Shown one piece after another: positions 27,377-36,934 of a stretch of DNA of 64,000 nt; the stretch's first letter is position 1, and each line of letters starts with the position of its first letter. The notes under the pieces were generated by a model, which ran no database searches, was not told the DNA's origin, and worked only from the letters and a program-made list of their open reading frames with translations. Source of the stretch: an uncultured Alphaproteobacteria bacterium (GTDB lineage Bacteria > Pseudomonadota > Alphaproteobacteria > Rhizobiales > Afifellaceae); contig CAVXFK010000002.1 in assembly GCA_963761005.1 (NCBI GenBank), positions 31,666 to 95,665 of the forward strand. The letters run 5' to 3'. Made by a program: the position numbers and the translations under genes.

Positions 27377-28339
27377 GTGACGCCAGCCCGAGAAGTTCTG
27401 AAGCGGCGGATATCGGAAGGCATCCTGGCCTTCCCGGCGACGCCCTTCGATGAGCGGGGGGCCGTGGACGCCGAGAAGTTTCAAAGTCATCTGGTCGAGC
27501 TTGCGAGGCATCGCCCCTGTGCGATCGTTGCGGCAGGCGGAGCTGGCGAGCTTTTCTCGCTGTCGCTGGCGGAGCACGAGGTCCTGATCCGCGCCGCGGT
27601 CGCAGCAACGCCAGAGATTCCGGTCGTTGCCGGGGTTGGGTTCGGCGTTGCGATCGCTTGCGACATGGCGCGGAGCGCGGAGGAGTCGGGCGCCGCGGCG
27701 GTTCTTCTTTTTCCGCCCTATCTCGTCGGCTCCGAACAGGAGGGGCTTGCGGCCTACGTCGAGGCGGTCTGCCGGTCGACCTCGCTTGCCGTCATCGTCT
27801 ACAGCCGGGGGAACGGTGTTCTTGCGCCGGGTTCCGCGCTTCGCCTTGCCGAGACCTGCCCGAACCTGATCGCGCTCAAGGACGGCACCGGCGACTTCGA
27901 GGCGCTGACGATCCTGAAACAGCAGGCCGGCGACCGGCTGGTGCTGATCAACGGCGTGCCCACCGCCGAGATGATCGTGCCGCAATGCTTCGCGATCGGC
28001 ATCCGCAGCTACACCTCGGCAGTCTTCACGTTTCTTCCGGGGCTTGCCACGCGATACTTCCAGGCCGTCCGCGATAACGACCGAGACACATTCGAGCGCA
28101 TTCTCCGCGATTTCTACGTACCGCTCAGTGCGATCCGCAGCCGCAAGAAAGGCTACGCTGTCTCAATCATGAAGGCAGGGCTCAGAATCGTCGGCCGGTC
28201 GGCCGGCCGCGTGCGTCCGCCACTTGTCGACCTCTCCGCAGGCGAGGAAGCCGAGCTTGCAGCGCTCATCGAGCGAATCCTTGCGGAAGCCAGCGAGGCG
28301 CCGCGCTACGGCGCCTCTGCCGCCGGGGCGAGTGGGTGA
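27377..28339 (+). CDS. kdgD: 5-dehydro-4-deoxyglucarate dehydratase-like (DapA/NAL superfamily)
   Basis: AAGGAGELFSL and LKDGTGD (Schiff-base Lys) match KdgD. The GTG start at 27377 aligns with homologue N-termini (..GILAFPATPF). Confidence 0.85.
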   Translation: MTPAREVLKRRISEGILAFPATPFDERGAVDAEKFQSHLVELARHRPCAIVAAGGAGELFSLSLAEHEVLIRAAVAATPEIPVVAGVGFGVAIACDMARSAEESGAAAVLLFPPYLVGSEQEGLAAYVEAVCRSTSLAVIVYSRGNGVLAPGSALRLAETCPNLIALKDGTGDFEALTILKQQAGDRLVLINGVPTAEMIVPQCFAIGIRSYTSAVFTFLPGLATRYFQAVRDNDRDTFERILRDFYVPLSAIRSRKKGYAVSIMKAGLRIVGRSAGRVRPPLVDLSAGEEAELAALIERILAEASEAPRYGASAAGASG

Positions 28340-28342
28340 TGC

Positions 28343-29311
28343 ATGCGAATTGCGCTCTGGGACATCGCCGCCACGCAACGGAAACGGCTCGAGGCCTTGC
28401 TCCCGGGCGATGAGTTCGTCGACATCCCGGTTGAGACCGCACGGCCCTTCGACATAGACGTCCTGATCGCATCGCGCTTCGCCGCAAAGGATTCGAGCCG
28501 CGCACGCTTTCGGCTGCTGCAGCTCCCCGGAGCCGGAACGGACAAGATCGACTTCTCCGCGCTCCCAGGCGAGCCGTGGGTGTGCAACGCCTTCGAGCAC
28601 GAAACTCCGATCGCGGAATACGTGTTTGCGGCGATCCTGGACCATGGACTCGGATTTGGTGCGCTGACGAACGAGATCTCAAAACGCGGCTGGGCCGACG
28701 CCTATTTCAATCGCGTGCCGCACGGGGAGATCGCGGGGCTCACATTGGGCCTCATCGGCCTCGGACATATCGGCCGCGCTATCGCACGCCGCGCGAAGGC
28801 GTTCGACATGCGCGTGATGGCGACGACCGCAACCCGCCGCGAGCACGAGCCGAACGTGGACTGGCTTGGCACGTCCGACCGGCTTTCAGAGCTTCTGGCG
28901 AAGTCCGATTTCGTCGTGCTCGCCTGTCCTTTGAATGACTTGACCCGAGGCATGATCTCCGCGCGCGAGCTTGGCCGCATGAAGCCCTCCGCGCTTCTGA
29001 TCAATATCGCCCGCGCGGAGATCGCGGTGGAGAAGGACTTGTACGAAGCCTTGAGGGACGGTGTCATTGCCGACGCCGTGCTCGACACCTGGTTTCGGTA
29101 TCCGGCGACGATCGACGATCCGGTCGAACCCGCCAACCTTCCCTTCGCCAGCCTTCCGAACGTGCGGATGACCGCGCACTCCGCCGCCTGGACGGACGGA
29201 GTTTGGGTGCGCCGCACGAAGGTCTTCGCTGACAACATTGCCCGCCTCAAGGACGGAAGGCCGCTTCTGAACGTCGTTCGCGCGCCGGCCGCGGAAGCAC
29301 TCCAGGCATAA
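28343..29311 (+). CDS. D-isomer-specific 2-hydroxyacid dehydrogenase family protein
   Basis: GLIGLGHIGRAIARRA Rossmann motif, plus the catalytic R/E/H context (NIARAE..., MTAHSAAWT). Confidence 0.88.
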   Translation: MRIALWDIAATQRKRLEALLPGDEFVDIPVETARPFDIDVLIASRFAAKDSSRARFRLLQLPGAGTDKIDFSALPGEPWVCNAFEHETPIAEYVFAAILDHGLGFGALTNEISKRGWADAYFNRVPHGEIAGLTLGLIGLGHIGRAIARRAKAFDMRVMATTATRREHEPNVDWLGTSDRLSELLAKSDFVVLACPLNDLTRGMISARELGRMKPSALLINIARAEIAVEKDLYEALRDGVIADAVLDTWFRYPATIDDPVEPANLPFASLPNVRMTAHSAAWTDGVWVRRTKVFADNIARLKDGRPLLNVVRAPAAEALQA

Positions 29312-29321
29312 TGGCTGAGCC

Positions 29322-30557
29322 ATGAGCGACCCGCGCAAGCCCGAGAGCGCCAGGAACGTCAGCTGCGTCGGCTATTCCGACCAGGGCGGACGCTCCGATG
29401 GCGCGCAAGTCATGGTCAACAAGGGCCACGCCTTTGTCTTCCATCCCTTCAGCGGCGGCGTCACCGTCATCGACGTGCGCGATCCGCGCGCGCCGAAACC
29501 GGTGAATTTCCTCCCGGTGCACCCGCGTTCATGGTCGATCCACGGCCAGGCGTTCGGCGATCTTCTTCTGGTCATCGAGGAGTTCGACTTCTTCAAGCTG
29601 CAGGTGAAGGACTATTACGGCCAGTCGCTCGACCTGAGCGACCCGAAGCTCACGGGCAAGAACGGCGTTGACTATTCCGGCGGGCTCCGCGTCTACGACA
29701 TCACCAATCCGGCAAAGCCGCGGCCGATCGGTTTCATGCCGGTCGATGGTTTCGGCTTCCATCGGCTTTGGTGGGTCGGCGAGCGCTACGTCTACGCGAC
29801 CGCGTTGCTCCACGGTTACACGGACCACATCCTGATGATCATCGACCTACAGGACCCGACGCGGCCGCGGGAAGTGAGCCGGTGGTGGCTGCCCGGCATG
29901 TGGAAGGCGGGCGGCGAGACCAACGATTTCAATGGTCGCGTTGCGCTGCATCACGCGATCGTCTCCGGCGATCTTGCCTGCGCGGCCTGGCGAAACGGCG
30001 GCGTGACGCTGCTCGACGTCAAGGACAAGGCGGCGCCGAAGCTTCTGGCGCACCGCAACTGGTGCCCGCCTTTCGGGGGTAACACGCATACTGCGCTGCC
30101 GCTCCTCGACCGCGACCTCCTGATCGTCGACGATGAGGCGGCGGATGACATCTCGGTCGAGCCGATGAAGCACACCTGGGTGTTCGACATCCGCGCGCAC
30201 GACAATCCTGTTTCGATCGCGACGATGCCGATCCCCTTCGATCAGGACTATGTTGCGAAGGGCGGCGCCTTCGGCCCGCATAACCTCTGGGAGAACCGGC
30301 CGGACGCCTTCGTCAGCTCAGAGGTGGTGTTCGCCACCTACCAGAACGCAGGGCTCAGGATTTTCGACATCAAGAACCCGTTCCGTCCGGTGGAAATCGG
30401 CTATTTCGTGCCGCCGCCGCCGACGGGCTGGTTCGATCATCGCACCGACATCAAGCGGGTGCTTCATTCCGTCGACGTCTACGTCCAGCCCGACGGGCTC
30501 ATGTACCTCACCGACTACAATGCCGGCCTCTACATTCTGCAATGGGACGGCGGATAG
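29322..30557 (+). CDS. LVIVD-repeat beta-propeller protein, function unknown
   Basis: Repeated motifs: GVTVIDVRDPRAPK, GLRVYDITNPAKPR, ILMIIDLQDPTRPR, GVTLLDVKDKAAPK, GLRIFDIKNPFRPV. No signal peptide. Confidence 0.75.
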   Translation: MSDPRKPESARNVSCVGYSDQGGRSDGAQVMVNKGHAFVFHPFSGGVTVIDVRDPRAPKPVNFLPVHPRSWSIHGQAFGDLLLVIEEFDFFKLQVKDYYGQSLDLSDPKLTGKNGVDYSGGLRVYDITNPAKPRPIGFMPVDGFGFHRLWWVGERYVYATALLHGYTDHILMIIDLQDPTRPREVSRWWLPGMWKAGGETNDFNGRVALHHAIVSGDLACAAWRNGGVTLLDVKDKAAPKLLAHRNWCPPFGGNTHTALPLLDRDLLIVDDEAADDISVEPMKHTWVFDIRAHDNPVSIATMPIPFDQDYVAKGGAFGPHNLWENRPDAFVSSEVVFATYQNAGLRIFDIKNPFRPVEIGYFVPPPPTGWFDHRTDIKRVLHSVDVYVQPDGLMYLTDYNAGLYILQWDGG

Positions 30558-30613
30558 GTCCTTGAGCAGCAGTCTCAACGAACGCTGATTTCTTTTCTAT
30601 CTCTTCGGCGCCG

Positions 30614-31570
30614 CTATGTAGCTGGGTAGACCGGCGGCTTCCCGGAGAGGACGCTCGCCACGTCGGTGGCGGCCTTTGTCTGCAGCTCCTCGAGCGCTTC
30701 CACCGAATAGAACGCCGTGTGCGGAGTCAGGATGAGGTTGGCGCGCCCGAGAAGCGGCGAGTCCTTCGGCAGCGGCTCCGTCTCGACCACGTCGAGCGCG
30801 GCGCCACCGAGCCGGCCGGAATCGAGGGCCTCGATCAGCGCGCCTTGGTCGACAAGCGGCCCGCGCGCCGTGTTAATCAAGAGCGCGCCCGGTTTCATCT
30901 TCGCGAAGGCGCTTGTGTCGAACAGCCCGCGCGTCTGCGGCGTCAGCGGCGTGTGAATTGAAACGAAGTCGGACGCGGCGAGGAGCGCGTCGAAACCGAC
31001 GCTCTCGACTCCGGCAGAAGCGAACGCATCCGCCGCCGCGAAGGGATCGTAGGCGAGAACGCGAAGGCCGAAGGCCTTGGCCTTCGGCGCAAGCGTGCGC
31101 GGGATATTGCCGAAGCCCACAAGACCCAACACCTGGCCCGCCAGACGGTGGATCGGCACGACCGCGGCGATCGCCCAACGGCCGGCCTGAACCGTCGCGT
31201 TCGCGACGACGACCTTGCGGGCCAGAGAAAGGAGCAGCGCCATAGCGTGGTCGGAGACTTCCGCCATGCAATAGTCGGGAACGTAGGTGACGGTGATCTT
31301 GCAGTCGCGCGCCGCGGGCAAGTCGATGTTGTCAACGCCGAGGCCCGTTCTTCCGATGACCTTGCAGCGGGTGAGCGCGCGGATCAGGTCGCCCGGAATC
31401 TTGGCGTAGCACACGATCAGGGCATCGGCGTCGTGTGCCACGGCGAGAATGTCGCCGGCCGCACTGCTTTTGGACATATGCAGATCAGCGCCGAGCGGGC
31501 GGAGCGCCTTCTCGACCGGATCGAGTGACGGGAACGGGCTATCGGCGATCGCGACTTTCAGAGTGCTCAC
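30614..31570 (-). CDS. D-2-hydroxyacid dehydrogenase (CtBP/PGDH-like)
   Basis: GLVGFGNIPRTLAPKA, INTARGPLVD and LTPHTAFYS motifs. GTG start at 31570 (VSTLKVAIADS). Confidence 0.85.
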   Translation of the reverse strand: MSTLKVAIADSPFPSLDPVEKALRPLGADLHMSKSSAAGDILAVAHDADALIVCYAKIPGDLIRALTRCKVIGRTGLGVDNIDLPAARDCKITVTYVPDYCMAEVSDHAMALLLSLARKVVVANATVQAGRWAIAAVVPIHRLAGQVLGLVGFGNIPRTLAPKAKAFGLRVLAYDPFAAADAFASAGVESVGFDALLAASDFVSIHTPLTPQTRGLFDTSAFAKMKPGALLINTARGPLVDQGALIEALDSGRLGGAALDVVETEPLPKDSPLLGRANLILTPHTAFYSVEALEELQTKAATDVASVLSGKPPVYPAT

Positions 31571-31628
31571 GACGGAAGCGCCTTTCGCGGCCCACCGACT
31601 GCATCGACGGCACGTACCGGCGGCTGCA

Positions 31629-32912
31629 TCAGCTGGTCCACCGCACGATCCCTGCGACCCCATCGACAGCCACCTGTGAGCCGTCGGGAATCTTCTTTGT
31701 GGCGCCCATCACGCCAAGCACCATCGGGATGCCGCGCTCGCGGGCGAGCGACGCAAGATGCGAGGTCGAGCCGCCGAGCTCGGTGACGAGTCCGGCAACG
31801 CGCGGCAACACCTGGCCGAGTGCCGGGCCGGCCACCCGCGTCACCAGGATGTCGCCCGGCGCGACGCGCGCAAGCTCGCACTCGCAGCGCACGACGACGC
31901 TGCGCCCGGAACCCCAGCCAATTCCAGCCGGATGTCCTCTGAGGCCCGGATGCTGCAGCCAGATTTCGTCGGGCACGCGGGCGGGCTCGACGTGGAGCGG
32001 CCGCGCTTGCAGAAGCTTCAGGCCGCGCTCGTCGAGCGCCCACTCGATCTCCACCGGGCCGCCGCACACCTTCTCCGCCGTGAGCATCATTCCGCCGAGC
32101 GCCTCGGCCTGCTCGGCGCTGAGGCTCGCCTCGAAAACGAGATCGGCCGGGACCGCCCGCGATCCGGCTCCGTGGCCGTGCGTGCAATGGTCGAGGTGCT
32201 CCTTGCGGCCGGCCTCCATTTCGAGCACCCGGCCGTCGCGATTGAGCTGGATGCGATCCGGGACGACTTCACCTTGCGCGATCGCGGAGCCGAGCCCCCA
32301 CGTGGCGGACACCAGCATTTCGCCGTCGGCGGTCTGGCTCAAGCCCCCGCCGGAGGCGCGCGCCGAGATGAGCGGCTGGATCAGGACGCCCATCGCCGTG
32401 TCGGCCGGCGACAGGCCGTAATTTTCCATGTAGCGGCGCGCGTGCGAGGTCCAAAGCGCCGCCCAGCATGCCCGCACCGTCGTCAGGAATTCGGTCTCGT
32501 CCTCGAGCCCGAGAAAGCTCTCGAACTGACCGGCGAAATTGGCGCCCTCCCGGTCCTCGACGAGCGCCGAAGAGCGCACCACGCCGAGCGGCGCCTCGCG
32601 TCGCTGCGCGCGCCATGCGGCGAGCAGCGGCTTAAGAATTTCCGGCGCGATCGGCTTCTCGTAGAGCGCGAGCCTGATCTGCACCGAGAGCTTGCGCGAT
32701 GTCGGAACGTCCGCCGTGTTGTAGGCGCCAACCAGGTTCTCGATGCCGAGGTGGCGCAATTGATGGCGATAGGCGGTCGCCGTCAGCGCAAAGCCGCCCG
32801 GCGTCGGGAGTCCGGCATGAGCGAGCCGTGCAAGATTGGCCGCCTTCGGCCCGACTTCGTCCGCGTCGGCCGCAAGCGCATCGCCGAGCGGGAGGATGAA
32901 CCCTTTCATCAT
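31629..32912 (-). CDS. PEP-utilising enzyme family protein: PPDK_N ATP-grasp plus phosphohistidine swivel domain, no PEP/pyruvate TIM-barrel domain
   Basis: VGPKAANLARLAHAGLPTPGGF and VRSSALVEDREGANFAGQFESF (ATP-grasp). GGSTSHLASLARERGIPMV (swivel His). The protein ends about 20 aa after that. Confidence 0.85.
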   Translation of the reverse strand: MMKGFILPLGDALAADADEVGPKAANLARLAHAGLPTPGGFALTATAYRHQLRHLGIENLVGAYNTADVPTSRKLSVQIRLALYEKPIAPEILKPLLAAWRAQRREAPLGVVRSSALVEDREGANFAGQFESFLGLEDETEFLTTVRACWAALWTSHARRYMENYGLSPADTAMGVLIQPLISARASGGGLSQTADGEMLVSATWGLGSAIAQGEVVPDRIQLNRDGRVLEMEAGRKEHLDHCTHGHGAGSRAVPADLVFEASLSAEQAEALGGMMLTAEKVCGGPVEIEWALDERGLKLLQARPLHVEPARVPDEIWLQHPGLRGHPAGIGWGSGRSVVVRCECELARVAPGDILVTRVAGPALGQVLPRVAGLVTELGGSTSHLASLARERGIPMVLGVMGATKKIPDGSQVAVDGVAGIVRWTS

Positions 32913-33047
32913 GCGCGCCTTCTTGGCTCTTATTCGATTGCTGCTCTTGTCATTTATGTCGGGCGAGGCCGCCCGGATCGTGTCGGCCTCGCCCGCTCTT
33001 GCGCCTCCGGCGGGCCGGGGAGGGCGGCCCTGCGGGGACGGCAACTG

Positions 33048-34317
33048 TCATCTCACGTGATCGCCGTAGCCCGGCAGCGGGTCGACCACCGTGATCTGCT
33101 TTACCGGGAAGTTCGACACGATCTCGATGTCGTTCTTCTTCACGATCAGCATTTCCTCAATGCGCACGCCGTAGCGGAACTTCTTGCCGTGCTGCGTCTC
33201 GAGCGCGAATGTCATGCCCTCCTGGATCTCGATCGGATGGTCGAGCGACCAGATGCGAGAGATGACCGGCGGGTCGTATTGCGCGAGCCCGAGTCCATGG
33301 CCCCACAGATTGGCGGCCGCCTGATCCTCGTCCTCGTAGCCCCAGGTCTCCATCGCCGAAGGCCACTTGAGCGCGATGTCGCGCGTGGTGGCACCGGCCT
33401 TCACCGCGCCGATCGAGTCGTAGAGCCACGTAAGCGCCGTCTGGTAGGTGTCCTTCTGCTCCTGCGTCGGCTCCTTCCCGACGCAATAGAGTACGGTAGT
33501 AGCAGGACTTGTAGCCGTTCCACGTGAGCGCGGCCAAATCCATGAACACGATGTCGCCCGGCTGGATGATGCGGTCGGAGAAGTTGCGCCAGTTCGGCCA
33601 GGTGTTCGGACCGGACGAGACGATGACGTCCTCGACGTCCTCCATGCCGGGAATGTTGTAGAGGTACTCCATCAGGTGCGCGGTCACCTGGTTCTCGGTG
33701 ACGCCGGGGCGCAGGAACTTCATGCACTCCCAGTGCGTGGCGTCGCCGATCGCGCCGACGATGCGGAAGCATTCCTGCTCGTCTTCGCTCTTGACGGCGC
33801 GCGCCTCCATCATCGGCGTCATGCCGTCCACCCAGTTGATTTTGTGCTCTTTGAAGATGTCGATCATGTTGATGTCGACGAAGTCGACGCCGAGCCGCTC
33901 GCCGGCGACGCCGTGGTCCTTCATTGCCTGCAGCACCGCCTTGGTGAACTTGCTCACCTGCTGCGTCGAAGCCGGGCCCGCCGCGCCTTTGATCCAGGCG
34001 AAGGAATGGCGGATATTCTCCTTCGGCAGCCATGGCACGTGGCGCTCGATCTGGATGCCGATGTCGCCCTGCTCGAAAAGGATCGGCCGACCGTCGCCGC
34101 AAAGCATGGCGTAGCGCAATCCCGGCTTCAGCCGGTTCCAACCGGGCGTCAGAGTGCCGGTGATATAACGCACGTTCTCGTCGTACATGCATAATAGCGC
34201 GCCGAGCCCGTGCTTCTTCATCATCGTGCGCGCGCGCTCGATACGGTATTCGCGCAGCCGGTCCCAGTTGACGCGCTGTTGCCAGTCCATACCGGCAATG
34301 CCGAAATTCGCTCCCAT
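33048..34317 (-). pseudogene. M24-family (creatinase/prolidase-fold) hydrolase interrupted by a frameshift at about 33489
   Basis: ORF 34317->33157 reads well up to NGYKSCYYRT. It continues in the frame of ORF 33404->33048 as YCVGKEPTQEQKDTYQTALTWLYDSIGAVKAGATTRDI...GHGLGL...FALET...IEEM. Confidence 0.8.
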
Positions 34318-34401
34318 TGGTTTCCTCTGCCTAAATGGAATGATTGTCGCGCTAACCGCGAGCTGTAGATCAGAGGAAAAACAGTACCGCTGCTTTGTTG
34401 T

Positions 34402-34447
34402 GTCCAGAAATGAGTTTATCTGGACTGCTGCATCAGGAATCCTGATA
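34402..34447. promoter_or_regulatory. Two dyads upstream of the M24 gene: GTCCAGA-N10-TCTGGAC and CATCAGGAATCCTGATA
   Basis: Both lie in the 34318-34551 intergenic region, 85-130 nt upstream of start codon 34317. The second dyad recurs at 59904-59920. Confidence 0.45.
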
Positions 34448-34551
34448 CAGGCGGCGGACTTCGCTCACCGGTCCCCGCGGCTATGCGTCGCGGAGAACTG
34501 AGGACTGGCGAATTTCGAGCCAATCGCGGCCAGCGGCGGGCGCGCCGCCGA

Positions 34552-35523
34552 TTATGCCGACGCTTCCATCGGTGCCCGCGCGTGTCGCGGCGATTTGCTT
34601 TCGCCGATCAGCTTCGCCCAGCATGCGTTCATGCTCACGGCCGCGCTCTCCAAGACCTGCTGAAATGCGCGCGCGGTCGGATCCATCGGCAGCCGCGCGG
34701 GCTCGATCAGGACGAGCTCGAGGCTGAGGGTTGGATTGATGATCGGATTCACGCTGAACCGATCGCGGTCGAGATCGGCCGCCATCATGACGCCCGGCAG
34801 GATCGTCGCCCAGTCGCTGCTCGCGACGAGATCGAGCGTGCCCATCATGGCGTCCAGTTCGAGAATGGCCTTGATGCGTCCGCCATTTGAGAGGATGTGC
34901 GATTCGAGCGTGCGCCGGCGCGTATTCTCATGACCCGGGAGCACAAGCTTCAAGGGCGGCAGGTCGCGCAATCTGACCGGCGCCAGGTGCCGCAGCGGCG
35001 ATTGGCGCGCCGAGACGAGCACCTCGGGCGTGGAAAGGAACGGACGCGAATGGAGACCGACGGGGGTTTGGAAAGCCGGCACGATGGCGAACGCGAACTC
35101 ACCGGTGCTGACACGCTCGGTCAGGGTCGAGCTGTACCCTTCAACGACCCTGACGCGGGCGTTCGGATTGGCTTCGACAAAACCCAGGAGTGCCGGTGAA
35201 AGGGCGCAACGGGTGAGCGTTGGCATCAGTCCGACGAGGATCTCGCCGCTGAGCCCGGCGCCAAATGCGGCCATGTCCGCCTTCGACGATTGGAAGGCGC
35301 GAAGAATCTCTATGCAGTGCCGATAGTACATCTCGCCGGCGGGCGTCGGCATGATCGAGCCGGCGCCGCGCGTGAAAAGCTGCACGCCGAAGCCAGCCTC
35401 AAGCTTGTGCATGTGCTGCGACACGCCTGACTGGGTCGTGTTCTCTCTGGCCGCCGCCGCAGTGAAAGACCCTTCCTCGTATGCAGCAACGAATAGCCTG
35501 AGATCGCGAATGCTCTCCGTCAT
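34552..35523 (-). CDS. LysR-family transcriptional regulator
   Basis: N-terminal HTH reads LRLFVAAYEEGSFTAAAARENTTQSGVSQHMHKLE. Start at ATG 35523 (or 35529). Confidence 0.9.
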   Translation of the reverse strand: MTESIRDLRLFVAAYEEGSFTAAAARENTTQSGVSQHMHKLEAGFGVQLFTRGAGSIMPTPAGEMYYRHCIEILRAFQSSKADMAAFGAGLSGEILVGLMPTLTRCALSPALLGFVEANPNARVRVVEGYSSTLTERVSTGEFAFAIVPAFQTPVGLHSRPFLSTPEVLVSARQSPLRHLAPVRLRDLPPLKLVLPGHENTRRRTLESHILSNGGRIKAILELDAMMGTLDLVASSDWATILPGVMMAADLDRDRFSVNPIINPTLSLELVLIEPARLPMDPTARAFQQVLESAAVSMNACWAKLIGESKSPRHARAPMEASA

Positions 35524-35823
35524 ATGCATTTCTGGCGTTCCCGAACCCGTCCCTAACGCATCACATTCTTCCCGTTCTTCCTGCCAGCAATCGCCACGGG
35601 CTTGGCGCCGCAACGACGACCACCCACGGCAGGTTGGCTCAAGTTCGTTGACCGAGCGTTTCAAGCTTACACCCCTTGTCATGGCTTAGAAAGCGCGCGC
35701 ACGACATCACGCTCGGCGAGCGAAAGCGCTCCCGGCTCCCAGAGAAATGCACCCGCGATCAGGATCGCAGGCTAGGCAGCGGCCGCACGGTTCCGCCGGC
35801 GCACGCGGCCAAATTTCAAAACT

Positions 35824-36864
35824 TCAGTATCTGAGCACGATTCCCATCGCGTCCTGCGGGGTCGTGTCGAGGATCGAATAGGCTTCGGGGGCGCGACTGA
35901 ACGGCAGCTCGTGCGATACGGGTGTAACGAGCCAGTCGGAACGCAACAGATCGAACGCGACCGCGTTGCGGCGCTCCTTTGACCATCGCGGCTGAAGGCC
36001 AGAACCAAGCGAGCTGACCTGCGTGCTGATCATCCGAAGACGCCGGTAGTGGAACTCCGGCGAAAGGATGAGCGGCACCTTGCGCATGCCGAAGAAGGAT
36101 AGCACGGCAACCGTTCCTTCCTGCCCGGTGCCCACGATCGCCGCCTGCAGCGCGCTCGGCGCGCCGGTCGCCTCGATGCTGATGTCGGCGCCGCGGCCTT
36201 CGCTCAATTCGGCGATCGTCTTGGCGGCGTCCTCCGGCGTGACAGCGGCATCGGCGCCCCATTTGACCGCGGAGGCCCTTCGAACGGCGATCGGATCGAC
36301 GACGATCAGCCTGCCCGCCGTTCGGCGTGCGAGCTGAGCGACGAGGCTTCCGACGACGCCTTGCCCATAGACGACGACGCAGTCTCCGAGCCGGACCGGA
36401 ATGTCGAGCTGGCAGGTGAGCGCGACCTCGAGCAGATTCACGAAGACCGCCCGTTCGGCAGCAAGCCCCTCCGGCACCGCCGCAATCAGCCAGGTGTCGC
36501 TTCGCATCGTGAAGCAGTCCTGGTGCGGGTGGCGCGCGAAGACCATCTGTCCGGGCTTGAAGCGTGCATCGGGTCCCGCTTCGATGACCTCGCCGACGAC
36601 CTGGTAGGCATACTTCACCGGGAACCCGAAGTTGCCGGCACAGGTCTCAAGCCCAAGATCGTCCTCAGCAGGAAGCTCGCCGCGGTAGATCAGCATCTCG
36701 GTGCCGGCGCTGACCAGCGACGCGAGCGCCTTGACCGTCACCTCGGTCCCGGTCGGCTTCTTGACCGGCTCCTCGAGGAGCTCCGCCCGGCGCGCTGCCG
36801 TGAACCACAGCCCGCGGGCCGTTCGAGTGCCGGGCTCCTTCGCACTCAGAGAACCGGTATTCAT
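35824..36864 (-). CDS. Medium-chain dehydrogenase/reductase (zinc-type alcohol dehydrogenase family)
   Basis: GroES-like N-terminal domain and VVYGQGVVGSLVAQLA Rossmann motif. Confidence 0.85.
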   Translation of the reverse strand: MNTGSLSAKEPGTRTARGLWFTAARRAELLEEPVKKPTGTEVTVKALASLVSAGTEMLIYRGELPAEDDLGLETCAGNFGFPVKYAYQVVGEVIEAGPDARFKPGQMVFARHPHQDCFTMRSDTWLIAAVPEGLAAERAVFVNLLEVALTCQLDIPVRLGDCVVVYGQGVVGSLVAQLARRTAGRLIVVDPIAVRRASAVKWGADAAVTPEDAAKTIAELSEGRGADISIEATGAPSALQAAIVGTGQEGTVAVLSFFGMRKVPLILSPEFHYRRLRMISTQVSSLGSGLQPRWSKERRNAVAFDLLRSDWLVTPVSHELPFSRAPEAYSILDTTPQDAMGIVLRY

Positions 36865-36934
36865 CGTCCTTCTACCTCTTCAATCAGCAGCACTTTTGCG
36901 CGCGGTCAGACACCCGAGCGGCCGGCGCTTCTCG

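Noticed and set aside
33048-34317. The idea that the first M24 paralogue is a DMSP lyase (DddP).
   Set aside because: Only the general N-terminal architecture is reminiscent of DddP. From memory, DddP keeps both Asp ligands whereas this protein has Cys at the second. Without a phylogeny the call is unsupported.
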